From an uncultured Gemmatimonadales bacterium (GTDB taxonomy: Bacteria > Gemmatimonadota > Gemmatimonadetes > Gemmatimonadales > GWC2-71-9): DNA of 64,000 nucleotides. This document shows positions 50,311 through 60,530 of this stretch, one piece after another. Positions within the stretch are counted from its first letter, which is position 1; each line of letters begins with the position of its first letter. The notes under the pieces were generated by a model, which worked only from the letters and a program-made list of their open reading frames with translations, made no database searches and was not told where the DNA came from. The stretch lies in assembly GCA_963804125.1 (NCBI GenBank), contig CAWDPF010000012.1, forward strand, positions 101,556 through 165,555. Reading direction: 5' to 3'. The position numbers and the translations under genes are program-made.

Positions 50311-50366
50311 GCGCAGCGAAGGGGGCATGATCCGAGTCATGCCCCCTTCGCTGCGCTCAGGGTGAC
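50301..50366. repeat. 66-nt palindromic element, copy 1 (perfect 30-bp arms, 6-nt centre)
   Basis: Read directly as GTCACCCTGAGCGCAGCGAAGGGGGCATGA-TCCGAG-TCATGCCCCCTTCGCTGCGCTCAGGGTGAC. The left arm contains the stop codon 50308-50310. The element lies between convergent genes. Confidence 0.9.
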
Positions 50367-50381
50367 GCGTCGGTCGGCGCG

Positions 50382-50996
50382 TCAATCGATGTGCAGATCC
50401 CGCTCCAGCGAGAACCGCAGCGGCGTGTCGTCCTTCACCTCACGCGCCTGGTTGCCATCCAGCAGACCCCAGGCGAGGCCGCCGCCCGCCCCGACGATCG
50501 CACCCTTCAGCACACCCACGCCGGTCACCGCGCCGACGATCGCGCCCGCGGCGGCGCCGACGCCCGTCTTCTTCGCCGTGCTCAGGCCGCGTTCGTCGGT
50601 GTCGGCCTTGGCCACGTCGGCCTGCACCCGCCGCATGTCGCCGTTCACGTTCACCTTCACCAGCCGAAGGGTCGCCGCCTTGGTGCCGCCGGTCTGCTCG
50701 ACGAGCTTGACCTCGACCGGCGTGTCGGCCACGAGCGCCACCCGACCATCGACCTTGACGTCGCGAGTGATGTGACCCTGGAACGTGTCGCCAATGCGGT
50801 CACGCGTGACCGGGATGTTCTCGTCGAGGGTAACCGGGATGTCGGTGCCGCTCGGGATCGTGGGGGCCAGGCGGTAGTCGGCTTCACGGTCCCGCTGTGC
50901 CACGTCGACCCGGGCTTCCTGGCTCTGGGCGGCGGCGATCGATACGGCGGCGCAGGCCGCCAGGGCGGCGAGTGCCGCGCCAATCGTGCGCTTCAT
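50382..50996 (-). CDS. exported protein with a C-terminal glycine-zipper segment
   Basis: ATG at 50996 follows AGGAGG, in track ORF 50382-51350(-). It has a signal peptide [24 protein letters not shown] and the glycine-rich stretch ..[38 protein letters not shown].. Confidence 0.65.
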   Translation of the reverse strand: MKRTIGAALAALAACAAVSIAAAQSQEARVDVAQRDREADYRLAPTIPSGTDIPVTLDENIPVTRDRIGDTFQGHITRDVKVDGRVALVADTPVEVKLVEQTGGTKAATLRLVKVNVNGDMRRVQADVAKADTDERGLSTAKKTGVGAAAGAIVGAVTGVGVLKGAIVGAGGGLAWGLLDGNQAREVKDDTPLRFSLERDLHID

Positions 50997-51174
50997 TGGA
51001 ATCCTCCTGTCGAGTCGGTCGTTGCCACTCCACATACTTGGCCGCGGGCCTGGAATTCTCCGCCGTCTGGACCCCACCGAGGGTGTGCGCCGGCTCACGT
51101 CTCGGCGGCAAGTGCCGAGAGCGCAGCGGGATGGCCGCCCGCCGGGCCGGCTCGCTCGGTTATATTCTCCCGCC

Positions 51175-52728
51175 ATGTCCGACCCCAGGGAGCTCCTCGA
51201 CCAGCTGCACCACCGCCAGGCGCTCGCCGAACAGGGCGGCGGACCGGCCCGCGTGGCGCAGCAGCACAAGAAGGGCAAGCTCACCGCCCGCGAGCGGCTC
51301 GACCTGCTGCTCGACGAGGGCAGCTTCGTCGAGCTCGACCGCTTCGTCACCCATCGCTCGACCGACTTCGGCCTCGATCAGCAGGTCGTGCCCGGCGACG
51401 GCGTGGTCACCGGCTCGGGCCGCATCGACGGCCGGCTGGTCTACGTCTTCGCCCAGGACTTCACCGTCTTCGGCGGCTCGCTGAGCGAGGCGCACGCCGA
51501 GAAGATCTGCAAGGTGATGGACCTGGCGCTCCGGAACGGGGCGCCCGTGATCGGCCTCAACGATTCGGGCGGCGCCCGCATCCAGGAGGGCGTGGCGTCG
51601 CTGGGCGGCTACGCCGACATCTTTCTCCGGAACACCCTCGCCTCGGGCGTCGTGCCCCAGATCTCCGCCATCCTCGGCCCCTGCGCGGGCGGCGCCGTCT
51701 ACAGCCCGGCGATCACCGACTTCATCTTCATGGTCCGGGGCGTGAGCTACATGTTCGTCACCGGGCCGAACGTGGTGAAGACGGTGACGCACGAAGAGGT
51801 GAGCTTCGACGACCTGGGCGGCGCGGACGTGCACGGCAGCACGTCGGGCGTGTCGCACTTCGTGCACGATTCCGAGCCCGAGTCGCTCCAGGCCATTCGC
51901 GAGCTGATCGGCTTCCTGCCGCTCAACAACCTGGACGAGCCGCCGGTGCGTCCGACCGAAGACCCGGTCGACCGGCGGGACGAGGCCCTGCTCGACCTCA
52001 TCCCGGATGCTTCGAGCAAGCCGTACGACATGCACGGAGTCATCGGCCGCGTGGTCGACGACGGCGGGTTCCTCGAGGTGCACCGCGGGTACGCGGACAA
52101 CATGCTCGTCGGCTTCGCGCGGCTGGGTGGACGCCCGGTCGGGATCGTGGCCAACCAGCCCGCTGTCCTGGCCGGGGTCCTCGACATCAGCGCCTCGCTC
52201 AAGGCGGCGCGGTTCATCCGCTTCTGTGACTGTTTCAACCTGCCGGTCGTCACCTTCGTCGACGTCCCGGGCTTCCTGCCGGGCGTGGCCCAGGAGCACG
52301 GCGGCATCATCAAGCACGGGGCCAAGCTGCTGTACGCCTACTGCGAGGCGACGGTGCCCAAGCTGACCGTGATCACCCGGAAGGCGTACGGCGGGGCCTA
52401 CGACGTCATGAGCTCGAAGCACATCCGAGGCGACGTGAACCTGGCCTGGCCGTCGGCCGAGATCGCGGTCATGGGGCCGAAGGGGGCGGTGGAGATCCTG
52501 TTCAAGGACGAGATCGCCCGGGCCGAGGATCCGGCGGCGGCGACCGCCCGGCTGATCGAGGAATACACCGAGAAGTTCGCGCACCCGTACACCGCCGCGG
52601 CGCGCGGCTACATTGACGACGTCATCGATCCGCGCGACACCCGGCCGCGGCTGATCGACGCGCTCCGGGCGCTCCGGACCAAGCGAGACCGGAACCCGGC
52701 CAAGAAGCACGGCAACATCCCGCTCTGA
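51175..52728 (+). CDS. pccB: acyl-CoA carboxylase carboxyltransferase (beta) subunit, propionyl-CoA carboxylase-like
   Basis: ATG 51175 in track ORF 50986-52728. The sequence reads ..[68 protein letters not shown]. Confidence 0.95.
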   Translation: MSDPRELLDQLHHRQALAEQGGGPARVAQQHKKGKLTARERLDLLLDEGSFVELDRFVTHRSTDFGLDQQVVPGDGVVTGSGRIDGRLVYVFAQDFTVFGGSLSEAHAEKICKVMDLALRNGAPVIGLNDSGGARIQEGVASLGGYADIFLRNTLASGVVPQISAILGPCAGGAVYSPAITDFIFMVRGVSYMFVTGPNVVKTVTHEEVSFDDLGGADVHGSTSGVSHFVHDSEPESLQAIRELIGFLPLNNLDEPPVRPTEDPVDRRDEALLDLIPDASSKPYDMHGVIGRVVDDGGFLEVHRGYADNMLVGFARLGGRPVGIVANQPAVLAGVLDISASLKAARFIRFCDCFNLPVVTFVDVPGFLPGVAQEHGGIIKHGAKLLYAYCEATVPKLTVITRKAYGGAYDVMSSKHIRGDVNLAWPSAEIAVMGPKGAVEILFKDEIARAEDPAAATARLIEEYTEKFAHPYTAAARGYIDDVIDPRDTRPRLIDALRALRTKRDRNPAKKHGNIPL

Positions 52729-52788
52729 CGCCGGGCGCGGGCCCGGAGCCCTAGCGAAGTTCGAAGTCCTTCACCATACTTGAGATAC

Positions 52789-53754
52789 ATGGTGCATCCG
52801 TCGCGCTTCCTCGCCGTCGTGCTGGTGCTTGCCGGGGCGTCTCGCCTGGCGGCGCAGGGCGCCATCGACCCGAACGTGGCCCCGCGCGCGGCCGCGCTCG
52901 AGCGCGAGGGCGAGCGGCAGATGGCCATCGACCTCCTGGGCCATTACCTCGCCACGGCGCCCGACGACGGGAGGGCCTGGCTGCAGCTCGGCCGGTTCTA
53001 CCTCTTCGACGCCCGCGACTGGCACCTGCATGGCCACCGGGGCGATCCCGATGGCCTCCTGTACCTCGACTTCGCCGCCACCGCGCTCGACCAGGCGGTC
53101 CGGCTGTCGGTCGATTCCGGCCTGGTGTTCCGGGGCATCACCGAGGTCGACCGTGCGCTGGTCGTGGTGGAGCAGGGCGGGTGGAATCCGGACCGCTACT
53201 TCCGGCCGCAGCCCGGCGCCCCGCCGATGCCCGCGTTCATCGTCGAGCTGGGCGCGAACCTCCTCACCTCCTGTCCGGCCGGAGGCGTCCTCCTCACGGG
53301 CAACGATCTCGAATCGGTGTCGGTGTGGTACGGCAGCCAGGATCGCGCTCCCCTCGATATCCTTCCCATCCGCCCCGATCTCTACGCCACCGATTCCGTC
53401 TATCGCCTGCGCATGGCGGCCGCGATGGGCGTGGACCCCGCGCTGCCGGTCCAGCGTGCGCTGGCCGCGGCGTCCACCAGCCGGACCCTCTGCCTGAGCC
53501 CGTCGACCGATCTGGCCGCCGCACCCGCGCTCGCGTGGGTGCCGTTCCGCCTGGTGCGCCTCAGCCGCCCGGCGACGCCGGGGCCGGACGCGCTCAGCGT
53601 CGCGGAGCTGCTCAAGGCCAGCCACCAGGACCGTTCGCCGTGGGTGCAGGACGTTCGCGGCGTCTACGAGGCCGCCGCCAGCTACAACGTCCTGCTCTGC
53701 GGCAGCCTGCTTCTCTTCCTCGGGGACGCCCCGCCGCCCGCCTGCCGTCCGTGA
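52789..53754 (+). CDS. hypothetical exported protein
   Basis: ATG 52789 (or TTG 52780) in track ORF 52780-53754. It has a signal peptide ..FLAVVLVLAGASRLAAQG. No family recognised. Confidence 0.55.
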   Translation: MVHPSRFLAVVLVLAGASRLAAQGAIDPNVAPRAAALEREGERQMAIDLLGHYLATAPDDGRAWLQLGRFYLFDARDWHLHGHRGDPDGLLYLDFAATALDQAVRLSVDSGLVFRGITEVDRALVVVEQGGWNPDRYFRPQPGAPPMPAFIVELGANLLTSCPAGGVLLTGNDLESVSVWYGSQDRAPLDILPIRPDLYATDSVYRLRMAAAMGVDPALPVQRALAAASTSRTLCLSPSTDLAAAPALAWVPFRLVRLSRPATPGPDALSVAELLKASHQDRSPWVQDVRGVYEAAASYNVLLCGSLLLFLGDAPPPACRP

Positions 53755-53773
53755 CCACGGCGGTTTCCGCCCC

Positions 53774-55267
53774 TTGAAGCGCGTCCTGATCGCCAACCGC
53801 GGCGAGATCGCCCTTCGCATCGTGCGCGCCTGCCACGAGGAAGGTCTCGAGGCGGTGGCGGTGTACTCCACGGCGGATCGCTCGAGCCCGCACGTGCGCG
53901 CCGCCGATCATGCCGTGGCGATCGGCCCCGCGACTCCCTCCCAGAGCTACCTCGACATCGACCGTCTCGTCGAAGCCGCGCGGTCGTCCGGTGCCGACGC
54001 CGTGCACCCGGGCTACGGGTTCCTGGCCGAGCGGGCACCGTTCGCCGAGGCCGTCGAGCGCGCGGGGCTCGCCTGGGTCGGGCCGCCGCCGCAGGCCATC
54101 CGCGCCATGGGCGACAAGACCGAGGCGCGCCGCCGCATGCAGGCGGCCGGCGTCCCGATCGTGCCCGGCTCGAGCGCGCCGTTCGACGAGCTCGGGCCCG
54201 CGCTCGGCCTGGCCCGCGAGGTGGGTTATCCGGTGATGGTGAAGGCGTCGGCCGGCGGCGGGGGCAAGGGCATGCGGGTGGTGCGGACGCCGGAGGAGCT
54301 GCCCGGCGCGCTCGAGAGCGCGGCCAGTGAGGCGCTCAAGGCATTCGGCGACGCGAGCGTCTATCTCGAGAAGTACATCGAGCGGCCGCGGCACGTGGAA
54401 ATCCAGATCCTGGCCGACGACACGCGCACCATCCACCTCGGCGAGCGCGAGTGCTCCATCCAGCGCCGGCACCAGAAGCTGGTCGAGGAGGCGCCGTCGC
54501 CGGCCGTCGACTCCGAGCTCCGCGAGTGGATGGGCGCCGCCGCGGTCGCCGCCGCCGAGGCGGTGGCCTATCGCGGCGCGGGGACCTGCGAGTTTCTGCT
54601 GGCGCCCGACCGCTCGTTCTATTTCCTCGAGATGAACACCCGCATCCAGGTCGAGCATCCGGTCACCGAGCTGGTCTACGGGGTGGACCTGGTGCGCGAG
54701 CAGCTCCGCATCGCCGCCGGCGAGCCCATGCGCGTCCATGCCGGCTGGCTCAGCCCGCGCGGCTGGGCGCTCGAGTGCCGGATCACCAGCGAGGATCCGG
54801 CGAACGGCTTTCTCCCGAGCACCGGCCGGATCGAGTACCTGCGCGTGCCCGGCGGCCCCGGCGTCCGCTGGGATGGCGGCGTCGACGTGGGCGACGAGGT
54901 CACGCTCCACTACGACTCGATGCTCGCCAAGCTCATCGTCTGGGCCCCCGACCGGGCGCAGGCCATCACGCGCATGCGCCGCGCGCTCGACGAGCTCACC
55001 GTGCTCGGCGTGGCCACCAACCAGGGCTTCCATCGGCGCCTGCTGGCCGACCCCGCCTTCCAGGCCGGCGATCTCGACATCCAGTTCCTCGAGCGTCGCA
55101 CCGACCTGAGCCAGCCGTCGCCGTCGCCCGACGACATCCTGCGGCTGGCCGTCGCGGCGGCCCTGGCGGAAGACCACGCGCGACGGACGCGGCGCCCGGC
55201 GGTCTCGGCCGACGATGCCGGCGACGGCGCCTGGCTCCAGCGCGCCCGGCTCGAGGGGCTCCGGTGA
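53774..55267 (+). CDS. accC: biotin carboxylase subunit of acetyl/propionyl-CoA carboxylase
   Basis: Track ORF 53774-55267 with a TTG start. The sequence reads MKRVLIANRGEIALRIVRAC..HPGYGFLAE..GYPVMVKASAGGGGKGMRVV..EMNTRIQVEHPVTE. Confidence 0.95.
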   Translation: MKRVLIANRGEIALRIVRACHEEGLEAVAVYSTADRSSPHVRAADHAVAIGPATPSQSYLDIDRLVEAARSSGADAVHPGYGFLAERAPFAEAVERAGLAWVGPPPQAIRAMGDKTEARRRMQAAGVPIVPGSSAPFDELGPALGLAREVGYPVMVKASAGGGGKGMRVVRTPEELPGALESAASEALKAFGDASVYLEKYIERPRHVEIQILADDTRTIHLGERECSIQRRHQKLVEEAPSPAVDSELREWMGAAAVAAAEAVAYRGAGTCEFLLAPDRSFYFLEMNTRIQVEHPVTELVYGVDLVREQLRIAAGEPMRVHAGWLSPRGWALECRITSEDPANGFLPSTGRIEYLRVPGGPGVRWDGGVDVGDEVTLHYDSMLAKLIVWAPDRAQAITRMRRALDELTVLGVATNQGFHRRLLADPAFQAGDLDIQFLERRTDLSQPSPSPDDILRLAVAAALAEDHARRTRRPAVSADDAGDGAWLQRARLEGLR

Positions 55268-56488
55268 GCGCCATTCGCATCCTCCGGCTCGCGGCGGGCG
55301 GCGACGGGGTAGGGAAGCTCGACGACGGCCGCACGGTGTTCGTCCCGCGGACCGCGCCGGGCGACCTGGTCGAGCCGGCCGGGCTGCGCACGCACAAGCG
55401 CTTCGCGCGCGCCCGGCTCGGCCGGCTGCTCGAGCCCTCGTCCGACCGGGTCGAGCCGCGCTGTCCGCATTACGTGCGGGACGAGTGCGGCGGCTGCCAG
55501 CTCCAGCACGTCGCCGGCCCGGCGCAGCGCGAGGCGCGCCGCGGCTTCGTCGGCGAGGCGCTCCGGCGCCTGGCGCGCCGCGACGTGGCCGATCCGCCGC
55601 TGGTGCCGGCCGACCGGGAGTTCGACTACCGCACGAAGATCACGCTGGCGGTGAGCGCCGACGGTCGTCGTGTCGGGCTCCACCGCTACGATCGCGCCGA
55701 CGAGGTCTTCGACCTCGAGTGGTGCCACATCACCGTGCCGGAGCTGATGGAGCTGTGGCGGGCGCTCCGCCGGCTGCGTCCGCTCTTCCCGCCCCGGCTC
55801 GAGGGCGTCGTGCTCCGGATGGGGCGTGAGGGCGGCCGCCACGTGCTGTTCCGGACCACCGAAGGCGAGGTGTGGGGAGGCGCCGCGCAACTCCACGCCG
55901 AGCTCCGCCGCCGCAACGCCGGCGCGACGCTCTGGTGGCAGCCCGCCGGCGGCGCGCCCCGGGCCATGGCAGGCGCGGACGAGGCGTACCCCGCGACCGT
56001 CTTCGAGCAGGTGCATCCCGCCATGGGCGATCGCGTGCGTGCCCACGCCCTCGACGCGCTCGGGGCGGTCGAGGGCCGCCACGTGTGGGACCTGTACGCC
56101 GGTATCGGGGAGACCACGGCCGCACTCGCGCGCGCCGGCGCATCGGTCGAGAGCGTCGAGTCCGACCGGCGCGCCGTGGCGGAAGCGGAGAGCCGCGGTC
56201 CCGCGGCCCGGCGGCACGCGGGGCGGGTGGAGGACGTGCTGCGGCGAGCTCAAGGCGCCGGATCTCGTCATCACCAATCCGCCGCGCACGGGGATGGACG
56301 CGCGTGTGTCCGAGGCGCTCGAGCGCCTGGCGCCGGAGCGGTTGGTCTACGTCTCCTGCGACCCGGCCACACTGGCGCGGGATCTCGGCCGCCTCCCGGG
56401 CTTCCGGATCGCCGAGGTCAGGGCGTTCGATCTGTTCCCGCAGACCGCGCACGTCGAGACGGTGGTCGTGCTGGACCGGGCCTCGTGA
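55264..56488 (+). pseudogene. RumA/TrmA-family SAM-dependent RNA (uracil-5-)-methyltransferase, frame-disrupted near 56250
   Basis: GTG 55264 overlaps the accC stop (GTGA). It has a TRAM-like N-terminus and an Fe-S Cys cluster (CPHYVRDECGGCQLQH), followed by ..VWDLYAGIGETT... The C-terminus ..DLVITNPPRTGMD..LVYVSCDPATLARD..DLFPQTAHVETV.. is in track ORF 55826-56488. Confidence 0.8.
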
Positions 56489-56991
56489 AGTACGTCGTCA
56501 CGATCCTGGGGCAGACGATCGAGGTCGAGGTCGACGGCGAGCACGTGACGGTCGGCGGCCGCACGCTCACCGCCGGCCTCGGGTCGGTGCCGGGCGCGCC
56601 GGTCCGCCAGCTGCTGCTCGACGGGCGGGCCGAGGCGCTGGGCGTCGAGGCAGCCGGCGCCGGGCACTGGGCGATCACCCGCCGGGGCGAGCGGACCGAG
56701 ATCGAGGTCATCGACGAGCGCACCCGCCACATCCGGAGCCTGACCGGTGCCGGCGACCGTCCCCGCGGCCCCGCGGCCCTCAAGGCGCCGATGCCCGGCC
56801 TGGTCGTCCGGGTGCAGGTGGAGGCGGGACAGAGCGTTGCCGCCGGCGCCGGGGTCGTAGTCCTGGAGGCGATGAAGATGGAGAACGAGCTGCGCGCGGC
56901 CACGGCGGGGACGGTGCGGACGGTCCGGGTCAGGGCCGGCGAGGCGGTGGAGAAGGGTCAGGTCCTCGTGGAGTTCGAGTCGCCCTCTTGA
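56485..56991 (+). CDS. biotin carboxyl carrier (biotinyl/lipoyl domain) protein
   Basis: GTG 56485 overlaps the previous stop (GTGA). The C-terminal domain ..KAPMPGLVVRVQV..VVVLEAMKMENEL..VEKGQVLVEF carries the EAMKM biotinylation motif. Confidence 0.8.
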   Translation: MKYVVTILGQTIEVEVDGEHVTVGGRTLTAGLGSVPGAPVRQLLLDGRAEALGVEAAGAGHWAITRRGERTEIEVIDERTRHIRSLTGAGDRPRGPAALKAPMPGLVVRVQVEAGQSVAAGAGVVVLEAMKMENELRAATAGTVRTVRVRAGEAVEKGQVLVEFESPS

Positions 56992-57063
56992 CCCATGTCC
57001 CGGCCGCCGTGTATCTTGTGAGTCTGTTTCGATTTGACCCAATTTCCAAGGCAGCTCGCGACC

Positions 57064-57512
<449 letters not shown>

Positions 57513-57516
<4 letters not shown>

Positions 57517-57914
57517 CCGCCACGCCCCAATTCCGCTGGCAGGCCGTGGGCCGCCGCAAGACGAGTGTCGCCCGGGTGTATCTGACGCCGGGAACCGGCA
57601 AGTGGGACATCAACGGCCGCACCCTGGGCGACTACTTCCCCCGGCCGTCGCTGGTGCAGCACATCCAGCAGAGCTTCACCGCCACCGACACGCTCGGCGC
57701 GTTCGACGTCAAGGCGCACGTGGACGGCGGCGGGCAGGCGGGGCAGGCCGGCGCGCTCCGGCTGGGCATCGCGCGGGCGCTGGTGGAGGCGGACGGGCAG
57801 CACCGGGCCAAGCTCCGGGCCGCCGGGCTCATGACCCGCGATCCGCGGGCCGTCGAGCGCAAGAAGCCGGGCCAGCCGGGCGCCCGGAAGCGGTTCCAGT
57901 TCAGCAAGCGGTAA
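57513..57914 (+). CDS. rpsI: 30S ribosomal protein S9
   Basis: ATG 57513 overlaps the rplM stop (ATGA). The sequence reads ..AVGRRKTSVARVYL..GGGQAGQAGALRLGIARAL..RDPRAVERKKPGQPGARKRFQFSKR. Confidence 0.95.
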
Positions 57915-57917
57915 CAC

Positions 57918-58028
57918 CGGGCGGGCAGGCGGTCGGGTGGGCAGGCGGTCGGATGTTCCGGTGCACGGAGAGTTGTGCTGCACGGAGCTACCGACCGCCC
58001 GACCGCCTGCCCGCCCGACCGCCCGACC
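57918..58028. repeat. GC-rich nested direct and inverted repeat block in the rpsI-rpsB spacer
   Basis: GGGCAGGCGGTCGG occurs twice in tandem (57923-57936 and 57939-57952). Its reverse complement CCGACCGCCTGCCC lies at 57999-58012, flanked by further CCGACCGCC copies. TGCACGGAG is repeated at 57962-57970 and 57979-57987 in the loop. Confidence 0.7.
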
Positions 58029-58132
58029 TCGCACACCGCGGGATCCTGGCATGGGTGCCCCTTCGGGGTAGATGCCCGGAGATGAACGCGGTGGACGCAC
58101 AACCCTAAGACAGATGGGAAACACAAATCCGC

Positions 58133-59039
58133 ATGGCACAGCCCCAACTGCAGGACCTGCTCGAAGCCGGCGTTCACTTCGGCCACCAGACTCGCCGGTG
58201 GAACCCGAAGATGCGGCGCTTCATCTTCGCCGAGCGCTCGGGCATCTACATCATCGATCTCCAGAAGACCCTCCGCCAGATCGCGAAGGCCCAGGATCTG
58301 CTCAGGAGCGTCGTGCTCAAGGGCGAGGGCGTGCTCTTCGTCTGCACCAAGAAGCAGCTCAAGGCCATCGTGCAGGCCGAGGCGGCGGACAGCGGCGCCT
58401 TCTACGTCACCGAGCGCTGGCTCGGCGGCATGCTCACCAACTTCCAGACGCTGAAGAAGCAGATCCGGCGTCTGCGTGAGCTGGAGCAGGGCGCGGCCGA
58501 CGGCGACTTCGAGAACTACACCAAGAAGGAAAAGCTGCTCTTCGAGCGCGAGCGGGTGAAGCTGAGCCGCAACCTCGAGGGCATCAAGCTGATGGGCCGG
58601 CTCCCGGGCGCCCTGTTCATCGTGGACGCCAAGAAGGAGAAGATCGCGGTGGCCGAGGCCAACAAGCTCGGCATCCCGGTCGTCGCCATCGTCGATACCA
58701 ATGCCGATCCGGACGTCATCACCGTGCCGGTGCCCGGCAACGACGACGCCATCCGCTCGGTCTCCCTGATCACCGCCGCCCTGTCGGACGTGATCAAGGA
58801 AGCCCGCCAGCAGATGCCGATGCGCGAGGTGAACGAGGACTCGGAGGGCGAGACCTACAGCACCGACGCCGGCAGCGAGGGCGACAGCGAGGCCGATCGC
58901 AAGCGCCGCCGGCCCGCGCCGGAAGCGCCGGCCGAAGCCGGAGGCCATCGCCGCGCGGCTCAAGACCGACGCCGATGGGGGCCCGGCGGACGGGACCCCG
59001 GAAGCGGCCGCCACCGGCGCGGCGGGCGAAGGCGCCTAG
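58133..59039 (+). pseudogene. rpsB: 30S ribosomal protein S2; the C-terminal tail is probably frame-disrupted near 58920
   Basis: Track ORF 58133-59065 reads MAQPQLQDLLEAGVHFGHQTRRWNPKM..FVCTKKQ..ERWLGGMLTNF..VDTNADPD... After ..EADRKRRRPA the listed frame becomes Arg/Gly junk. The next frame reads RKRRPKPEAIAARLKTDADGGPADGTPEAAATGAAGEGA and stops at TAG 59037-59039, just before the palindrome. Confidence 0.9.
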
Positions 59040-59065
59040 GCCGGCATCGCGAGCCCCCTCGTTGA

Positions 59066-59131
59066 GTCACCCTGAGCGAAGCGAAGGGGCCATGCCTCGA
59101 GGTATGGCCCCTTCGCTTCGCTCAGGGTGAC
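59066..59131. repeat. 66-nt palindromic element, copy 2
   Basis: Read directly as GTCACCCTGAGCGAAGCGAAGGGGCCATGC-CTCGAG-GTATGGCCCCTTCGCTTCGCTCAGGGTGAC. It has the same termini as copy 1, and the arm differences are paired. Confidence 0.9.
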
Positions 59132-59214
59132 AGCGCCGAGGCCACACGGCGCCCGTGCGGGCCGTGAGCGGCGGATTTACTATTCACCCCTGATTGCAAC
59201 CCGAGTTGGAGACT

Positions 59215-59820
59215 ATGGCAAGCGTGGCGATTTCCCCGAAGGAAGTAAGCGAGCTCCGTGCGCGCACCGGCGCCGGAATGATGGACTGCAAGCGGGCGCT
59301 CGAAGAGGCCGGCGGCGACATGGAGAAGGCCGCGGAGATCCTGCGCAAGAAGGGGATCGCCAAGGCCGACAAGCGCGCGGGCCGCACCGCGTCGCAGGGC
59401 ACGGTGGTGAGCTACATCCACCACAACGGCCAGGTCGGCGTGCTGGTGGAGCTCAACAGCGAGACCGACTTCGTGGCCCGCACCGACGCCTTCCAGCAGC
59501 TCGCGCGCGACATCGCGCTGCACGTGGCCTCGGCCGACCCGATCGGCGTGTCGGCGGCCGACGTCCCCGAGGAGCTGATCGAGCGCGAGCGGCGGATCGC
59601 GGAGGAGCAGGTCATCGCCGAGGGCAAGCCCGAGGCAGTGCGCGCCAAGATCGTCGAGGGCAAGGTGAAGAAGTTCATCGCCGAGCGCACGCTGCTCGAG
59701 CAGCCGTACGTCCGGGACGACAAGAAGACCGTGGGCGATCTGGTGAAGGAGGTCTCGGGCACGCTGGGCGAGGCGGTGACCGTCCGGCGGTTCGCCCGGT
59801 TCCAGGTCGGGGCGGCCTGA
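59215..59820 (+). CDS. tsf: translation elongation factor Ts
   Basis: ATG 59215 in track ORF 59194-59820. The sequence reads [61 protein letters not shown]. Confidence 0.95.
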   Translation: MASVAISPKEVSELRARTGAGMMDCKRALEEAGGDMEKAAEILRKKGIAKADKRAGRTASQGTVVSYIHHNGQVGVLVELNSETDFVARTDAFQQLARDIALHVASADPIGVSAADVPEELIERERRIAEEQVIAEGKPEAVRAKIVEGKVKKFIAERTLLEQPYVRDDKKTVGDLVKEVSGTLGEAVTVRRFARFQVGAA

Positions 59821-60530
59821 TGGCCCTCGCCTATACCCGCGCCTTGCTCAAGATTTCGGGTGAGGCGCTGGGCGGCGAGAAAGGCGCGGGGCTCAATTTC
59901 CCGGTCCTCGAAGGCCTGGCGGAAGAGATCAAGGCGGTCCACGCCCTCGGCGTGCGACTCGCGCTGGTGGTCGGCGGCGGCAACATCATCCGCGGCGCCA
60001 CCGCCAGCCGGGAAGGGCTCGACCGGGTGTCGGCGGACTACATGGGCATGCTGGCGACCGTCATCAACGCGCTGGCGCTGCAGGACGTCCTCGAGAAGAG
60101 CGGGGTCGACACCCGGGTCATGACCGCCATCCGGATGGAGTCGCTGGCCGAGCCGTACATCCGGCGCCGCGCCATCCGGCACCTGGAGAAGGGGCGGCTC
60201 ATCATCTTCGCCGGCGGCACCGGCAACCCGTTCTTCTCCACCGACACCGCCGGCGTCCTCCGGGCGCTCGAGATCGAGGCCGAGGTGATTCTCAAGGCCA
60301 CCAACGTGGACGGGATCTTCACCGGCGATCCGCGCAAGGACCCGTCCGCCACGTTCATCCCCGAGCTCACCTACCAGGAAGCGATCGTCAAGAACTACGC
60401 CGTCATGGACGCCAACGCGTTCGGGCTCTGCAAGGCCAACCAGCTTCCCATCGTCGTCTTCAACATCAACCAGCCCGGCGCCATCTCGCGTGTGCTGCAG
60501 GGCGACCGGGTGGGGACCCTCGTCCGATGA
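59820..60530 (+). CDS. pyrH: UMP kinase
   Basis: ATG 59820 overlaps the tsf stop. The sequence reads ..[55 protein letters not shown]. Confidence 0.95.
   Translation: MALAYTRALLKISGEALGGEKGAGLNFPVLEGLAEEIKAVHALGVRLALVVGGGNIIRGATASREGLDRVSADYMGMLATVINALALQDVLEKSGVDTRVMTAIRMESLAEPYIRRRAIRHLEKGRLIIFAGGTGNPFFSTDTAGVLRALEIEAEVILKATNVDGIFTGDPRKDPSATFIPELTYQEAIVKNYAVMDANAFGLCKANQLPIVVFNINQPGAISRVLQGDRVGTLVR

Noticed and set aside
57923-58023. The short GC-rich direct repeats, considered as a possible CRISPR array.
   Set aside because: There are only two tandem direct copies, separated by 2 nt. There are no spacer-sized unique intervals. The other copies are inverted, and no cas genes are present in the window.
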